Shown here in pieces: positions 9,524 to 21,178 of a stretch of DNA of 45,957 nt. A program made the position numbers and the translations under genes. This DNA comes from an uncultured bacterium (GTDB lineage Bacteria > JADJOY01), in NCBI GenBank assembly GCA_964447125.1, contig CAYUSL010000003.1, positions 1 through 45,957 of the forward strand. The letters run 5' to 3'. Position 1 is the stretch's first letter; each line of letters starts with the position of its first letter. The notes beneath the pieces are model-generated. The model was given only the letters and a program-made list of their open reading frames with translations. It did not search any database and was not told the DNA's origin.

Positions 9524-10840
9524 GTGCGCACACTCACCACGACCGATCCCGGCTTCGGGCGTGCGTTGGCGCGTCTCGCGAGCCGCATCTCGCTCACCGC
9601 GGCAGAGCGCGAGCCCGAGGTCCGCACGATCCTCGAGGCCGTGCGCAAGCGCGGCGACACCGCGGTGGCGTCGTTCACGCGTCGCTTCGACCGGATTCGC
9701 ATCCCCGCCGCAGATCCGTGGCTCGACAGCGACGCCTTCCGCACGGCGCGCACGCTCGTGGGCAAGCAGGCGCTCGCCGATCTCACCCTGGCACGCGATC
9801 GGATCCGCACCTTCCACGCCCGCGGCCGCCCGCAGGGCTACACGATCGCCTCTGGCACCGGTGTCCGGCTCGCCCAACGAGTGCATCCGCTGGCGCGTGT
9901 GGGCGTCTACGTGCCCGGCGGGCGTGGTGCGTACCCCTCGACGGTGCTCATGAACTCCGTGCCGGCGCGAGTCGCAGGCGTGGCAGAGATCGTGCTTGCG
10001 ACACCGCCCGCGCCGGACGGAGAAGCCCGCCTGCGCGGCATCGACCCGCACGTGATCGTCGCTGCAGAGCTCGCCGGCGTGACACGGGTGCTAACCGTAG
10101 GTGGCGCGCAGGCGGTCGCCGCGATGGCGTTCGGCACGCGCACGATCCCGCGCGTCGACAAGATCGTCGGCCCGGGCAACGTGTGGGTCGCAACGGCCAA
10201 ACGGCTCGTTTACGGCCAGGTGGACATCGACTCGTTCGCCGGGCCGAGCGAGGTGCTGGTGATTGCGGACGGCTCGGTGCCGGCGGCGTGGACGGCAGCA
10301 GACCTCTTGAGCCAGGCCGAGCACGATCCGGATGCGATCGTGTTCCTGATTGCCACCGATCGAGCAGTTGCGAAGGCCGTCGGCGACGAGATCGTGCGCC
10401 AGCTCGCGACCCTGCCGAAGCGAGAGACGGCGCGACAATCGCTGCGCCGCAACGGCACGGTGATCATCGCGCGCGACGTCGACGAAGCGGTGACGATCGC
10501 CAACGAGCTCGCGCCCGAGCACCTCGAGGTCCACACCCGCGCCGCCCGCAGCGTGGCGAAACGTCTCACCAACGCTGGAGCGGTGTTCGTGGGCGGCCAC
10601 ACCCCGGAAGCCATCGGCGACTATCTCGCGGGACCCAACCACGTGCTCCCCACCGGGGGCACGGCGCGGTTCTTCTCGCCGCTATCCGTTGAGGACTTCC
10701 TGCGCCGATCCAACACCCTCGAGGTCTCCGCCGCCGCGCTGCGCCGCCTGGGACCGCCGACGGCGCGCCTGGCGCGGATCGAGCGCTTCGAGGCGCACGC
10801 CCGCTCGGTCACCGCGCGCATCGGCGAGGCGGCGCGATGA
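9524..10840 (+). CDS. hisD: Histidinol dehydrogenase
   Basis: Full-length match to the HisD pattern (VYVPGG...YPSTVLM, SQAEHD, APEHLE, GDYLAGPNHVLPT). GTG start 10 nt after the permease stop. Confidence 0.93.
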   Translation: MRTLTTTDPGFGRALARLASRISLTAAEREPEVRTILEAVRKRGDTAVASFTRRFDRIRIPAADPWLDSDAFRTARTLVGKQALADLTLARDRIRTFHARGRPQGYTIASGTGVRLAQRVHPLARVGVYVPGGRGAYPSTVLMNSVPARVAGVAEIVLATPPAPDGEARLRGIDPHVIVAAELAGVTRVLTVGGAQAVAAMAFGTRTIPRVDKIVGPGNVWVATAKRLVYGQVDIDSFAGPSEVLVIADGSVPAAWTAADLLSQAEHDPDAIVFLIATDRAVAKAVGDEIVRQLATLPKRETARQSLRRNGTVIIARDVDEAVTIANELAPEHLEVHTRAARSVAKRLTNAGAVFVGGHTPEAIGDYLAGPNHVLPTGGTARFFSPLSVEDFLRRSNTLEVSAAALRRLGPPTARLARIERFEAHARSVTARIGEAAR

Positions 10841-11925
10841 AGAGCGTGCCGACCACGGCGATCCGCGAATCCATTCGCGAGCTGGTCGCCTACCCCATCG
10901 AGCACGAGCGGGTACCGGTCAAGCTCGACGCCAACGAGCTGGGCTTCGAGCTACCGCCCATCATCGAGGAAGCCTTTCGTAGCGTGTGGCAGCGCGTCGA
11001 TCTGAGGCGCTATCCGGAGGGCCACGCCGACTCGCTGGTGGCGAGCTTGGCACGGCGGTTCGGTCTCGCTCCCGAGTCGGTGCTCGTGGGGAACGGCTCG
11101 AACGAGCTGATCGCGCTGGTATTCGCCGCGTTCGCCGATGGCGGTGCGGGCTCCGTGCCGCCGGTGGTCGTGGTCCCCACGCCGAGCTTTGGTGTGTATC
11201 CGATCCAGGCGCGTAGCCACGGCTTCGCGGTTCGGAACGTGCCGCTCAGCCACAGCTTCGAGCTCGACCCCGAGGCGGTCCTGGACGCGGCGCGCGCCCA
11301 GCGCGCGCGGTTGATCGTTCTCGCATCGCCCAACAACCCCACCGGCAATGCGCTGGCCACCGATGCCATCGCGCAGATCCTGGACCGCTTCGACGGCCCG
11401 GTGATCGTGGACGAGGCCTACCAGCCGTTCGCCAGAGAGTCGTGGCTCGGCAAGTGGGATCGCTGGCCGAATCTCGTGGTACTACGCACCTTGAGCAAGG
11501 TGGGGTTGGCGGCGCTGCGCGTTGGTTTCCTGTTCGCCGATCCGCGATTGACCGCGGAGCTGCGCAAGGCAAAGCTCCCCTTCAACCTCAACTCGGTGAG
11601 CGCGACGCTGGCCGAGGTCGCCATCGACCACTGGCCGGAGCTCGAGAGAGTGGCGCGCGAGGTGGTCGCGGAACGCAGCCGAACGAGCCGGGCGCTGGCG
11701 GCGATCCCGGGCGTGTACGTGTTCCCGTCGGAAGCGAACTTCCTCCTGATCCGCGTGGCCGGCGACGCCAACGCGGTGTGGGCGCGGCTTCTCGCGCGTG
11801 GGATCTCGGTCCGGAACTTCAGCACCAAGCCCGGTCTCGAGGGATGCCTGCGCGTGACGGTGGGACAGCCGGGCGAGAACGACGCGTTCGTCGCGGGGCT
11901 CGGCGAGGTTCTGGCGACGCGCTGA
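10837..11925 (+). CDS. hisC: Histidinol-phosphate aminotransferase
   Basis: Class-II aminotransferase pattern (KLDANE, SPNNPTG, DEAY, RTLSKVGLAALRVG with the PLP lysine). The ATG overlaps the hisD stop (ATGA). Confidence 0.92.
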   Translation: MKSVPTTAIRESIRELVAYPIEHERVPVKLDANELGFELPPIIEEAFRSVWQRVDLRRYPEGHADSLVASLARRFGLAPESVLVGNGSNELIALVFAAFADGGAGSVPPVVVVPTPSFGVYPIQARSHGFAVRNVPLSHSFELDPEAVLDAARAQRARLIVLASPNNPTGNALATDAIAQILDRFDGPVIVDEAYQPFARESWLGKWDRWPNLVVLRTLSKVGLAALRVGFLFADPRLTAELRKAKLPFNLNSVSATLAEVAIDHWPELERVAREVVAERSRTSRALAAIPGVYVFPSEANFLLIRVAGDANAVWARLLARGISVRNFSTKPGLEGCLRVTVGQPGENDAFVAGLGEVLATR

Positions 11926-11990
11926 GCGGGTCGGCTCGCGCCGCTGAAGATCCGTGCCGCACACGCTACGCTGGTGACGAGAGGTCGACG

Positions 11991-12578
11991 ATGAGCCGAG
12001 TCGGACGAGTGGAACGCAGCACGACGGAGACCCAGATCGCCGTCACCGTGGAGCTGGATGGGACGGGTCGCTACCAGCTCGACACGGGGATTCCGTTCTT
12101 CGACCACATGCTGAGCCACATCGCCAAGCAGGGTCTCCTCGACCTCGAGGTGAAGGCGCGAGGCGACCTCGAGGTCGACTTCCATCACACGGTCGAGGAC
12201 GTGGGGCTCGCGCTGGGCGAAGCGTTCGCGAAGGCGCTTGGAGACAAAGTGGGCATTCGTCGCTACGGTTCGGCGGCGCTTCCCATGGAAGAGACCCTGG
12301 CCGACGTCGCCGTCGACCTGAGCGGCCGCGCATACTTCGTGTACCGAGTCGAGCTCGACTGCGAGAAGGTCGGAACGTTCGACGTCTCGCTGGCGAAGGA
12401 GTTTCTGCGCTCGTTCGCGAATCGCTGTGCCGTGAATCTGCACGTGACGCTTCGCTACGGCCAGGACGCGCACCACGTGCTCGAAGCGATCTTCAAGGGC
12501 TTCGGGCTGGCGCTGCGCGATGCCGTCACGGTGGATCCGCGCAGGCGCGACGTGCCGAGCACCAAGGGCGTCCTGTGA
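11991..12578 (+). CDS. hisB: Imidazoleglycerol-phosphate dehydratase (monofunctional)
   Basis: MSRVGRVERSTTETQIAVTVELDG...GIPFFDHMLSHIAKQG...HHTVEDVGLALG...HHVLEAIFKGFG. Internal ATG of ORF 11442..12578. Confidence 0.94.
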   Translation: MSRVGRVERSTTETQIAVTVELDGTGRYQLDTGIPFFDHMLSHIAKQGLLDLEVKARGDLEVDFHHTVEDVGLALGEAFAKALGDKVGIRRYGSAALPMEETLADVAVDLSGRAYFVYRVELDCEKVGTFDVSLAKEFLRSFANRCAVNLHVTLRYGQDAHHVLEAIFKGFGLALRDAVTVDPRRRDVPSTKGVL

Positions 12579-12692
12579 CGAGCGACGAGGTCGAGCCGCG
12601 CCACTGAGCACGCCCGCGAAATCCCCGCCGACGCATCTCACGCAGCCGATCGCGTGCGCTCCGCACGCGACGCCAACCCACGTTCCGAGCCC

Positions 12693-13346
12693 ATGGCCAG
12701 CCCTTCGAACCCGATCCTCGTCGTCGACTACGGCAGCGGCAACCTGCGCAGCGTCGCGAAAGCCGTGGAACGCGCTGGTGGGCACGTCGAGGTCAGCACC
12801 GACCCGGCTGCGCTGGCGCGCGCGAGCGGCGTGGTGCTCCCCGGCGTCGGTGCTTTCCGCGCCGCGATGGAGAACCTGACCCGAAGTGGCTGGATCGAGC
12901 CGTTGATCCGCCACCTCGAGGCGGATCGACCCTTCCTGGGAATCTGTCTCGGCCTGCAGTTGCTGTTCGAGTCCAGCGAGGAATTCGGCACGACGCGCGG
13001 CCTCGGCATTTGTCGTGGTCGCGTACGCGCATTTCCCCTGCCTGAGCCGAGCTCGCACGGGGCGGAACGCGCGAAGGTGCCGCACATGGGCTGGAACCAG
13101 CTTCGGTGCGAGCGATCGAGCCTGGTCAGCGAAGCGCTCGGCAACGACGCGTGGGCCTACTTCGTCCACTCGTACTACGTCGCGTGCGACGAGCCAGAGC
13201 TGGTCGCCACCAGCACGCGCCACGGCGAAGTCACCTTCACGTCCTCGATCGCCCGCGGCAATCTGGTGGCGTGCCAGTTCCACCCCGAGAAGAGCCAGGT
13301 GGTGGGCCTCGAGCTGCTGGCACGTTTCGTGGGGATCTGCCGATGA
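12693..13346 (+). CDS. hisH: Imidazole glycerol phosphate synthase, glutamine amidotransferase subunit
   Basis: ILVVDYGSGNLRSVAKA, LPGVGAF, catalytic GICLGLQLL, VPHMGWN, CQFHPEKS. Confidence 0.94.
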   Translation: MASPSNPILVVDYGSGNLRSVAKAVERAGGHVEVSTDPAALARASGVVLPGVGAFRAAMENLTRSGWIEPLIRHLEADRPFLGICLGLQLLFESSEEFGTTRGLGICRGRVRAFPLPEPSSHGAERAKVPHMGWNQLRCERSSLVSEALGNDAWAYFVHSYYVACDEPELVATSTRHGEVTFTSSIARGNLVACQFHPEKSQVVGLELLARFVGICR

Positions 13347-14094
13347 GCCTCACGCTCATTCCCGCGATCGATCTGCGCGCCGGACGCTGCGTCCGTCTGC
13401 TCAGGGGCGATCCCAACGCCGAGACGGTCTACTTCCAGAATCCGGTGGAACCCGCGCAACGCTTCGAGGCGGCGGGTGCGAGCTGGCTGCACGTCGTCGA
13501 CCTCGACGGTGCATTCGAAGGCGGCGAGCGCAATGGCGCCGCGATCCGTGCCATTCGCGCCGCAACGGCGATGCGCATCGAGATCGGCGGCGGATTGCGC
13601 TCACGCGACGCCGTCGCGCGCGTCCTCGATCTCGGCGCGGAGCGCGCGATCATCGGCACGGCGGCCATCGAAGATCCCGCGTTCCTCGAGGCTGCGTGCC
13701 GCGAGTGGCCAGGCCGGATCTGGGTCGGCATCGACGCACGTCGCGGCAAGGTCGCGGTGCGCGGCTGGGTCGCGCAAACCGACGTGGAAGCACGCGCCCT
13801 CGCCGAGCGGGTCGCGAGCGCCGGGGCCGCCGGCATCGTCTACACGGACATCGCTCGTGACGGTGCCCTCGCCGGTCCCAACGCCGAGGAGACCGCGCGC
13901 GTCGCACGCGGCCTCGGCATTCCCGTGATCGCGTCCGGTGGCGTGCATCGGCTCGAAGATCTCGCTGCGTTGCGGCCGCTCGAGGGCGACGGCGTCGTCG
14001 GCGTGATCAGTGGCCGCGCGCTCTACGAGGGCACCCTCGATCTCGACGCGGCGCTCGCGTACCTCGCCAGTGGCGAAGCGAGCGGAGTCGCGCG

Positions 14095-14098
<4 letters not shown>
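13343..14098 (+). CDS. hisA: ProFAR isomerase (1-(5-phosphoribosyl)-5-[(5-phosphoribosylamino)methylideneamino]imidazole-4-carboxamide isomerase)
   Basis: [15 protein letters not shown]..., [39 protein letters not shown]. The ATG overlaps the hisH stop. Confidence 0.93.
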
Positions 14099-14898
<800 letters not shown>

Positions 14899-14911
14899 CG
14901 AGGACGAGCAC

Positions 14912-15301
14912 ATGTCGATCGTGGATCGTGTGAAGTTCGACGACCGGGGGCTGGCCGTGGCCTTGGCCCAGGACGCGGCAAACGGCGAGATCCTGATGGT
15001 TGCGTTCATGAACCGCGAGGCGCTCGAGCGCACGCTCGAGACGGGGCTGGTCCACTACTACAGTCGCTCGCGCAACAAGCTGTGGCGCAAGGGAGAGGAG
15101 TCCGGCCACACGCAGCGCGTGAAGGAGATCCGCATCGACTGCGATGGCGACGCCATCCTGATCGCAATCGACCAGACGGGGGTCGCCTGCCACGAGGGCT
15201 ACCGCTCCTGCTTCTTCCGGCGCTGGGATGGCAACGATTGGGCTGTGGATCGCGAGCGCGGCGTGGATCCGGCTCTGGTGTACGCCAAGAAGCCCTCGTG
15301 A
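14912..15301 (+). CDS. hisI: Phosphoribosyl-AMP cyclohydrolase (monofunctional, no HisE fusion)
   Basis: [15 protein letters not shown]...[21 protein letters not shown]...[10 protein letters not shown]...[13 protein letters not shown]. At 129 aa there is no pyrophosphohydrolase domain. Confidence 0.92.
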   Translation: MSIVDRVKFDDRGLAVALAQDAANGEILMVAFMNREALERTLETGLVHYYSRSRNKLWRKGEESGHTQRVKEIRIDCDGDAILIAIDQTGVACHEGYRSCFFRRWDGNDWAVDRERGVDPALVYAKKPS

Positions 15302-15329
15302 ACCGTTGCGAGAACCCTCGGCGCGTTGG

Positions 15330-15357
15330 TTGCCAGTGACGATTCCACTGCTATATT
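15330..15357 (+). promoter_or_regulatory. Candidate sigma70-type promoter upstream of rpsU
   Basis: TTGCCA (15330-15335), a 16-nt spacer, then TATATT (15352-15357). An AT-only hexamer stands out in this GC-rich DNA. It lies about 160 nt upstream of the rpsU ATG. Confidence 0.35.
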
Positions 15358-15517
15358 GCGCGGTTAACCGTAGCTCGGGTGGAAGAACACGGGGCATGCA
15401 CCCGGCTCGCTTCTTTCGATCGAGCGACCCCGATCTCGCGTCGCATCGTGTTGCTGATCGTTTTCCCCTAGCCCAAGCCTGCGCGTGCCGAAGCGCGCGT
15501 TCCGAGGAGATGGTCGG

Positions 15518-15718
15518 ATGCCCGGAGTGAAAGTTCGAGAAGGAGAGCCTTTCGAGGCGGCGCTGAAGCGCTTCAAGAAACAGTGCGAAAAGGCGGGCAT
15601 CTTGTCCGAGCTCAAGAAGCGTGAGCATTTCGAGAAGCCGAGCGTGCGCCGCAAGAAGAAGGCGATCGCGGCCCGTAAGCGCGCCCTCAAGAAGCTCAAG
15701 AAGGAAGGCCTTCTCTGA
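15518..15718 (+). CDS. rpsU: 30S ribosomal protein S21
   Basis: [48 protein letters not shown]... GAGGAG lies upstream of the ATG at 15518. Confidence 0.95.
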   Translation: MPGVKVREGEPFEAALKRFKKQCEKAGILSELKKREHFEKPSVRRKKKAIAARKRALKKLKKEGLL

Positions 15719-15930
15719 TTCGCCCCGCATGACGATCGGCCCCACGGACTCGGCTCGACCTCGAACGTGCCGCGCAAGCGCACCGAACCGAGAGAGCCGC
15801 GGGTCAGCTTCACGCGGCGCGTCATCGAGCGCACACGGTCGTTTCTTCGATCCGTGTCGCTTCGGCGACCGGGTGGCTCCACCGATCCACCCAATCCGGC
15901 TCCGACGCACGACGCCGAGCGCCTTCTCGA

Positions 15931-15960
15931 CCCGCCTCCCCGGAGGCGGGTCGATCTTTC
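15931..15960 (+). terminator. Terminator/attenuator-like hairpin in the rpsU-dnaG spacer
   Basis: CCCGCCTCC-CC-GGAGGCGGG (15931-15950; effectively 8 bp with a 4-nt loop) followed by TCGATCTTTCTCC. Confidence 0.4.
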
Positions 15961-16051
15961 TCCACACTGGGCGCGCCGCGGCGGCACGCTGCGACGCTGC
16001 CAGGCTGAGCGCGTCCGGTCACGGCGTGAAACGCGCCGGCCACATCGGAGG

Positions 16052-16075
16052 CCACGGGAGCCACTGCGCCCGTGG
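16052..16075 (+). promoter_or_regulatory. Hairpin overlapping the dnaG Shine-Dalgarno region
   Basis: CCACGGG (16052-16058) pairs with CCCGTGG (16069-16075). The 3' arm runs into GGGAG (16074-16078), the only SD-like element before the ATG at 16082/16085. Confidence 0.2.
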
Positions 16076-16081
16076 GAGCGC

Positions 16082-17857
16082 ATGATGTTCGATCCGATCG
16101 TCGAGGACGTTCGCGGACGGGTGAACCTCGTCGAGCTCATCGCCGGCCACACGACCCTCAAGCAGGCAGGCCGCACGTTCAAGGGCCTCTGCCCGTTTCA
16201 CAAAGAGCGCAGCCCGTCCTTCACGGTCGATCCCGCGAAGGGCTTCTACCACTGCTTCGGCTGTGGCGCAGGAGGGGACGCGTTCAAGTTCGTGATGGAA
16301 ATCCACGGCCTCGCGTTTCCGGAAGCGCTCGAGATGTTGGCGCGCCGAGTCGGCGTGGAGATTCCCGATCGGCGCGGCGCGGGTCCGCGCGATCGCAGTC
16401 GGCGTCGGGTGCTGCTCGAGGTGACCCGCGCCGCGGCGCTGTTCTTCCGCAAGTCGCTCAAGGAAGACCCGGGCGCGGCGCGAGCCCGGAGCTATCTCGA
16501 AGGCCGAGGCTTCACGCTCGCAGAAGCCCTTGCCTACGGGCTCGGCTACGCGCCCAACGAGTGGGAGTCGCTGGCGCGACACCTGGTGCGCGAGGGCGCG
16601 GACCTCGACGCAGCGCGCGCCACGGGGCTCATCGGGGAGCGGACCCGTGGTGGCGGTCACTACGATCGGTTCCGCGACCGACTGATGTTCACGATCCTCG
16701 ACGCCGAAGGTGCGCCGATCGGCTTCGGCGCCCGCGCGCTCGGCGACACCGACGGCCCCAAGTACATCAACTCGTCGGATTCCGAGATCTTCCACAAGGG
16801 ACGCGGACTCTACGGCCTGTCGTGGGCGATCAAGCAAATCCGCGAGCACGGACGGGCCGTCGTCGTCGAGGGCTACTTCGACGTGCTGAGCTTGCACCAA
16901 CACGGCTTCACACAGGCCGTCGCCACGCTCGGCACCGCGCTCACCCCGGACCACGCGTATCAGCTCAAGCGCTACGCGTCGGAAGTGATATTGCTCTTCG
17001 ACGGTGACGAGGCGGGCCGCAAGGCCGCATGGCGTGCATTGCCCCACTTCCTCGCCGCCGACGTACGACCGCGCGCCGCATTTCTCCCACCCGGCGAGGA
17101 CCCGGATACGTTGGTGCAAAAGGGCGGGAGCGAGGCGCTCACCGAGCTGCTCGACTCCTCCCCGCCCTTGCTCGAGCACGTGATCGTCTCGAAAGCTCGC
17201 AGCGCCGGCGCCGACCCGCGAGCACGCGCGCAAGCGATGCGGGACGTGGCACCGTTGTTGGCAGCGATGCCCGACCCGATCGAGCGTGACGCCACGATCG
17301 AGCTCGCCGCACGCAACTTTCACGTGGGTGAGGACGCGGTGCGCAAGCTGCTCGAGCAGCGAGCCGAACCCCGCCGCACCGAGCCCACGCCCCCCGCGAC
17401 GGCCGCGCCAGCGACGGCACCGCTTCCGCCGGCCGAGCAGGCCCTGGTGCGGGCGCTCGCCGACGAGCCGGGCCTGGCCGAGCTCTTGGTCGGTACCGAC
17501 ATCGACCGCAACATGCGCTCGGACGCGGCCGCGCGCTTCGTACGAAACGCCGCTAGCGACCCCACTGGGGGCGTGAGCCGCTGGCTCGCCGGCATCGAAG
17601 ACGTGGCATTGATTCGGCTCGTGACGGCAGGAAGCGTGAGCGCGGAAGCCGATGCTGCCGAGCGCGGCCCGCGCATCGTGAACGACTGCGTGCGACGAAT
17701 CCAACGCGATCGATTGCGCGACGAGGTGAACGAGCTCACCCACGAGATCTCCCGGCGCGAGTCGCGCGGCGAGATCAGCGAGCTCGAGCGCCTGCAACAG
17801 CTCAAGATCGAGAAGAACCGGCGCATCCTCGCATTGGGATCGGCGCGCGCAGGGTGA
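16082..17857 (+). CDS. dnaG: DNA primase
   Basis: Zinc-binding [13 protein letters not shown]...[17 protein letters not shown] block [12 protein letters not shown] and [13 protein letters not shown]. Internal ATG-ATG of ORF 15767..17857; the start could be 16085. Confidence 0.93.
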   Translation: MMFDPIVEDVRGRVNLVELIAGHTTLKQAGRTFKGLCPFHKERSPSFTVDPAKGFYHCFGCGAGGDAFKFVMEIHGLAFPEALEMLARRVGVEIPDRRGAGPRDRSRRRVLLEVTRAAALFFRKSLKEDPGAARARSYLEGRGFTLAEALAYGLGYAPNEWESLARHLVREGADLDAARATGLIGERTRGGGHYDRFRDRLMFTILDAEGAPIGFGARALGDTDGPKYINSSDSEIFHKGRGLYGLSWAIKQIREHGRAVVVEGYFDVLSLHQHGFTQAVATLGTALTPDHAYQLKRYASEVILLFDGDEAGRKAAWRALPHFLAADVRPRAAFLPPGEDPDTLVQKGGSEALTELLDSSPPLLEHVIVSKARSAGADPRARAQAMRDVAPLLAAMPDPIERDATIELAARNFHVGEDAVRKLLEQRAEPRRTEPTPPATAAPATAPLPPAEQALVRALADEPGLAELLVGTDIDRNMRSDAAARFVRNAASDPTGGVSRWLAGIEDVALIRLVTAGSVSAEADAAERGPRIVNDCVRRIQRDRLRDEVNELTHEISRRESRGEISELERLQQLKIEKNRRILALGSARAG

Positions 17858-17918
17858 GGAACTTCGAGGCGGGACGGAACGAGCTCGCGCGACCGGGCTC
17901 ACGCGGACGAGGGGATCG

Positions 17919-19694
<1,776 letters not shown>

Positions 19695-19754
19695 CGGGCG
19701 GCGAGCGGGTGGAACGAGAGATCACGACATCCGACCGCCGGTCGATGCACATGC

Positions 19755-19828
19755 GGGCCCGTAGCTCAGTCGGTCAGAGCGGGGGACTCATAATCCCTTG
19801 GTCCCAGGTTCGAGTCCTGGCGGGCCTA
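19755..19828 (+). tRNA. tRNA with CAT anticodon, probably tRNA-Ile2 (lysidine-modified) rather than elongator or initiator Met
   Basis: Hand-folded cloverleaf. Acceptor GGGCCCG/CGGGCCT (G1-U72). D arm GCTC-AGTCGGTCA-GAGC. Anticodon arm GGGGA-CTCATAA-TCCCT. Variable loop TGGTC. T arm CCAGG-TTCGAGT-CCTGG. Discriminator A. CC is encoded but the final A is not. C4:G69 and C5:G68 are present. Confidence 0.9.
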
Positions 19829-19947
19829 CCGGTGGACATCGCATCGCAGCAACGGCGCGCGAGCACCAGACCACACCGCAACACACGTGACCGGCGAAGC
19901 GGCGCATTCGGTTCGCCTCGCTCGTCACGCGGAAAGGCGACCCTCAC

Positions 19948-20685
19948 GTGAATCGGATCGAGCTGTTGATCCGCGTACAGGAACTCGACCTCGCACGCGA
20001 CGAGCTGGTGCGTGAGCGCGATGGCGTGCCGGAGAAAATCGCAGCCGCGCGTGCGCCGCTCGACGGGGCGCTGACCTCCGAGCGCACCGCGCGGGAAAAC
20101 CTCCAGCTCGCGAGCCGGGCGCGCGAGCGTCTCGAAAAGGACATCGAGTTCGAGCGAAGCAAGCTCGACGAACGCGACCGCAAGCTGCGCCAGGTCAAGA
20201 CCAACGAAGAGTTCCAGGCAGGCCAGAAGGAGCTCGCCGAGCAGCGCAAGCGAATCGCCGCCATGGAAGACGACGTGCTGGGGCACATGGAGACGGCGGA
20301 GGCGCTGCAGCGCGAGATCCAGCGTTCACAGGGCGACGCGGACCGCGTGCGGGCGGCGGTGGAGGCCGTCGAGAGCGAGCTACGTGGGCGCACGGCGGAG
20401 ATCGAGACCCGCATCGCCGCATTCGATCGGGAGCTCGCGGAATCGCGCCAGACCCTGGATCGCGCCACGCTCGGCATCTACGACATGCTCCGCGCGCGTC
20501 GCGGCGGCACCGCGGTCGCCGAGATTCGCGGCGGGATCTGTCAGGCTTGTCGCACGCGTATCCCTTCGCAGATGTACAACGAGCTGCATTCACCCGACGT
20601 CCAGCACATCTGCCCCAACTGCAATCGCATCATCTTCGTGCGAGTCGTACCAAAGGTGCCGGTCGAGGCGGAAGCCGCGAGCTGA
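19948..20685 (+). CDS. Coiled-coil protein with C-terminal C4 zinc ribbon (COG1579 / DUF164-like)
   Basis: About 190 aa of heptad-like Glu/Arg/Leu-rich sequence, then GGICQACRTRIPSQMYNEL...HICPNCNRIIF. GTG start with GGAAAGG 11 nt upstream. Confidence 0.8.
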   Translation: MNRIELLIRVQELDLARDELVRERDGVPEKIAAARAPLDGALTSERTARENLQLASRARERLEKDIEFERSKLDERDRKLRQVKTNEEFQAGQKELAEQRKRIAAMEDDVLGHMETAEALQREIQRSQGDADRVRAAVEAVESELRGRTAEIETRIAAFDRELAESRQTLDRATLGIYDMLRARRGGTAVAEIRGGICQACRTRIPSQMYNELHSPDVQHICPNCNRIIFVRVVPKVPVEAEAAS

Positions 20686-20781
20686 GCACGCGCGGTTCGC
20701 CACCGCGCGCAGCCCTCGAACCGAGTCACGCGACGCGCCAGGGCTCGACAGGGCGCCTGCGATCGGGCAAACCAGCCGGCG

Positions 20782-21155
20782 GAAGCGACGGGGTGGGCTG
20801 GGTGGCCGCGCGCTCGCGAGGGTGCGAGGAAAGTCCGGACTCCACAGGGCGGGATGGTCGCTAACGGCGACCGAGGGCAACCTTCGGGACAGTGCAACAG
20901 AAAGCAAACCGCCGCGTTCGCGGCAAGGGTGAAACGGTGAGGTAAGAGCTCACCAGCGGTCCGGGTGACCGGATCGGCTCGGCAAACCCCATCCGGAGCA
21001 AGACCGAGCAGGGAGTGGGCGGCCCGTCCGATACTCCCGGGTTGGTCGCACGAGACGGCCGGCAACGGCCGTCCCAGAGGGATGGTCACCGCTCGCGCGG
21101 GGGAGACTTCGCGCGAGCACAGAATCCGGCTTATAGGCCCGCCCCTTCGCTTCCC
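20782..21155 (+). ncRNA. rnpB: RNase P RNA, bacterial type A
   Basis: Conserved blocks read directly: GAGGAAAGTCCGGACTCCACAGGGC, AAGGGTGAAACGGTGAGGTAAGAGCTCACCAG, GGCAAACCCCATCCGGAGCAAG, ACAGAATCCGGCTTATAGG. P1 pairing joins GAAGCGACGGGGTGGGC (5') with GCCCGCCCCTTCGCTTC (3'). The ends are approximate to a few nt. Confidence 0.95.
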
Positions 21156-21178
21156 TTCCCTGCCGTCCGAGGTCGCGC

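Noticed and set aside
11418-13283. 621-aa minus-strand ORF. Similar long antisense ORFs occur at 3442..4569, 4569..5525, 7664..8758, 8548..9810, 14023..15033, 14657..15967, 22024..22974, 23910..24998, 26137..27261, 27114..28448, 32603..33877 and 37663..39120.
   Set aside because: All lie opposite genes with unambiguous homology-type motifs and have Arg/Ala/Gly/Pro-biased junk translations. They are a consequence of a GC3-rich coding strand lacking stop codons in antisense frames.
15621-16085. 154-aa ORF filling the rpsU-dnaG spacer
   Set aside because: It overlaps the rpsU 3' end out of frame. The translation is Arg/Ser/Ala-rich with no SD or motif. I treat the spacer as non-coding leader.
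19755-19828. Initiator tRNA-fMet assignment for the CAT tRNA
   Set aside because: Positions 1-72 form a G-U pair rather than a C-A mismatch, and the anticodon stem has only two of the three consecutive G-C pairs.
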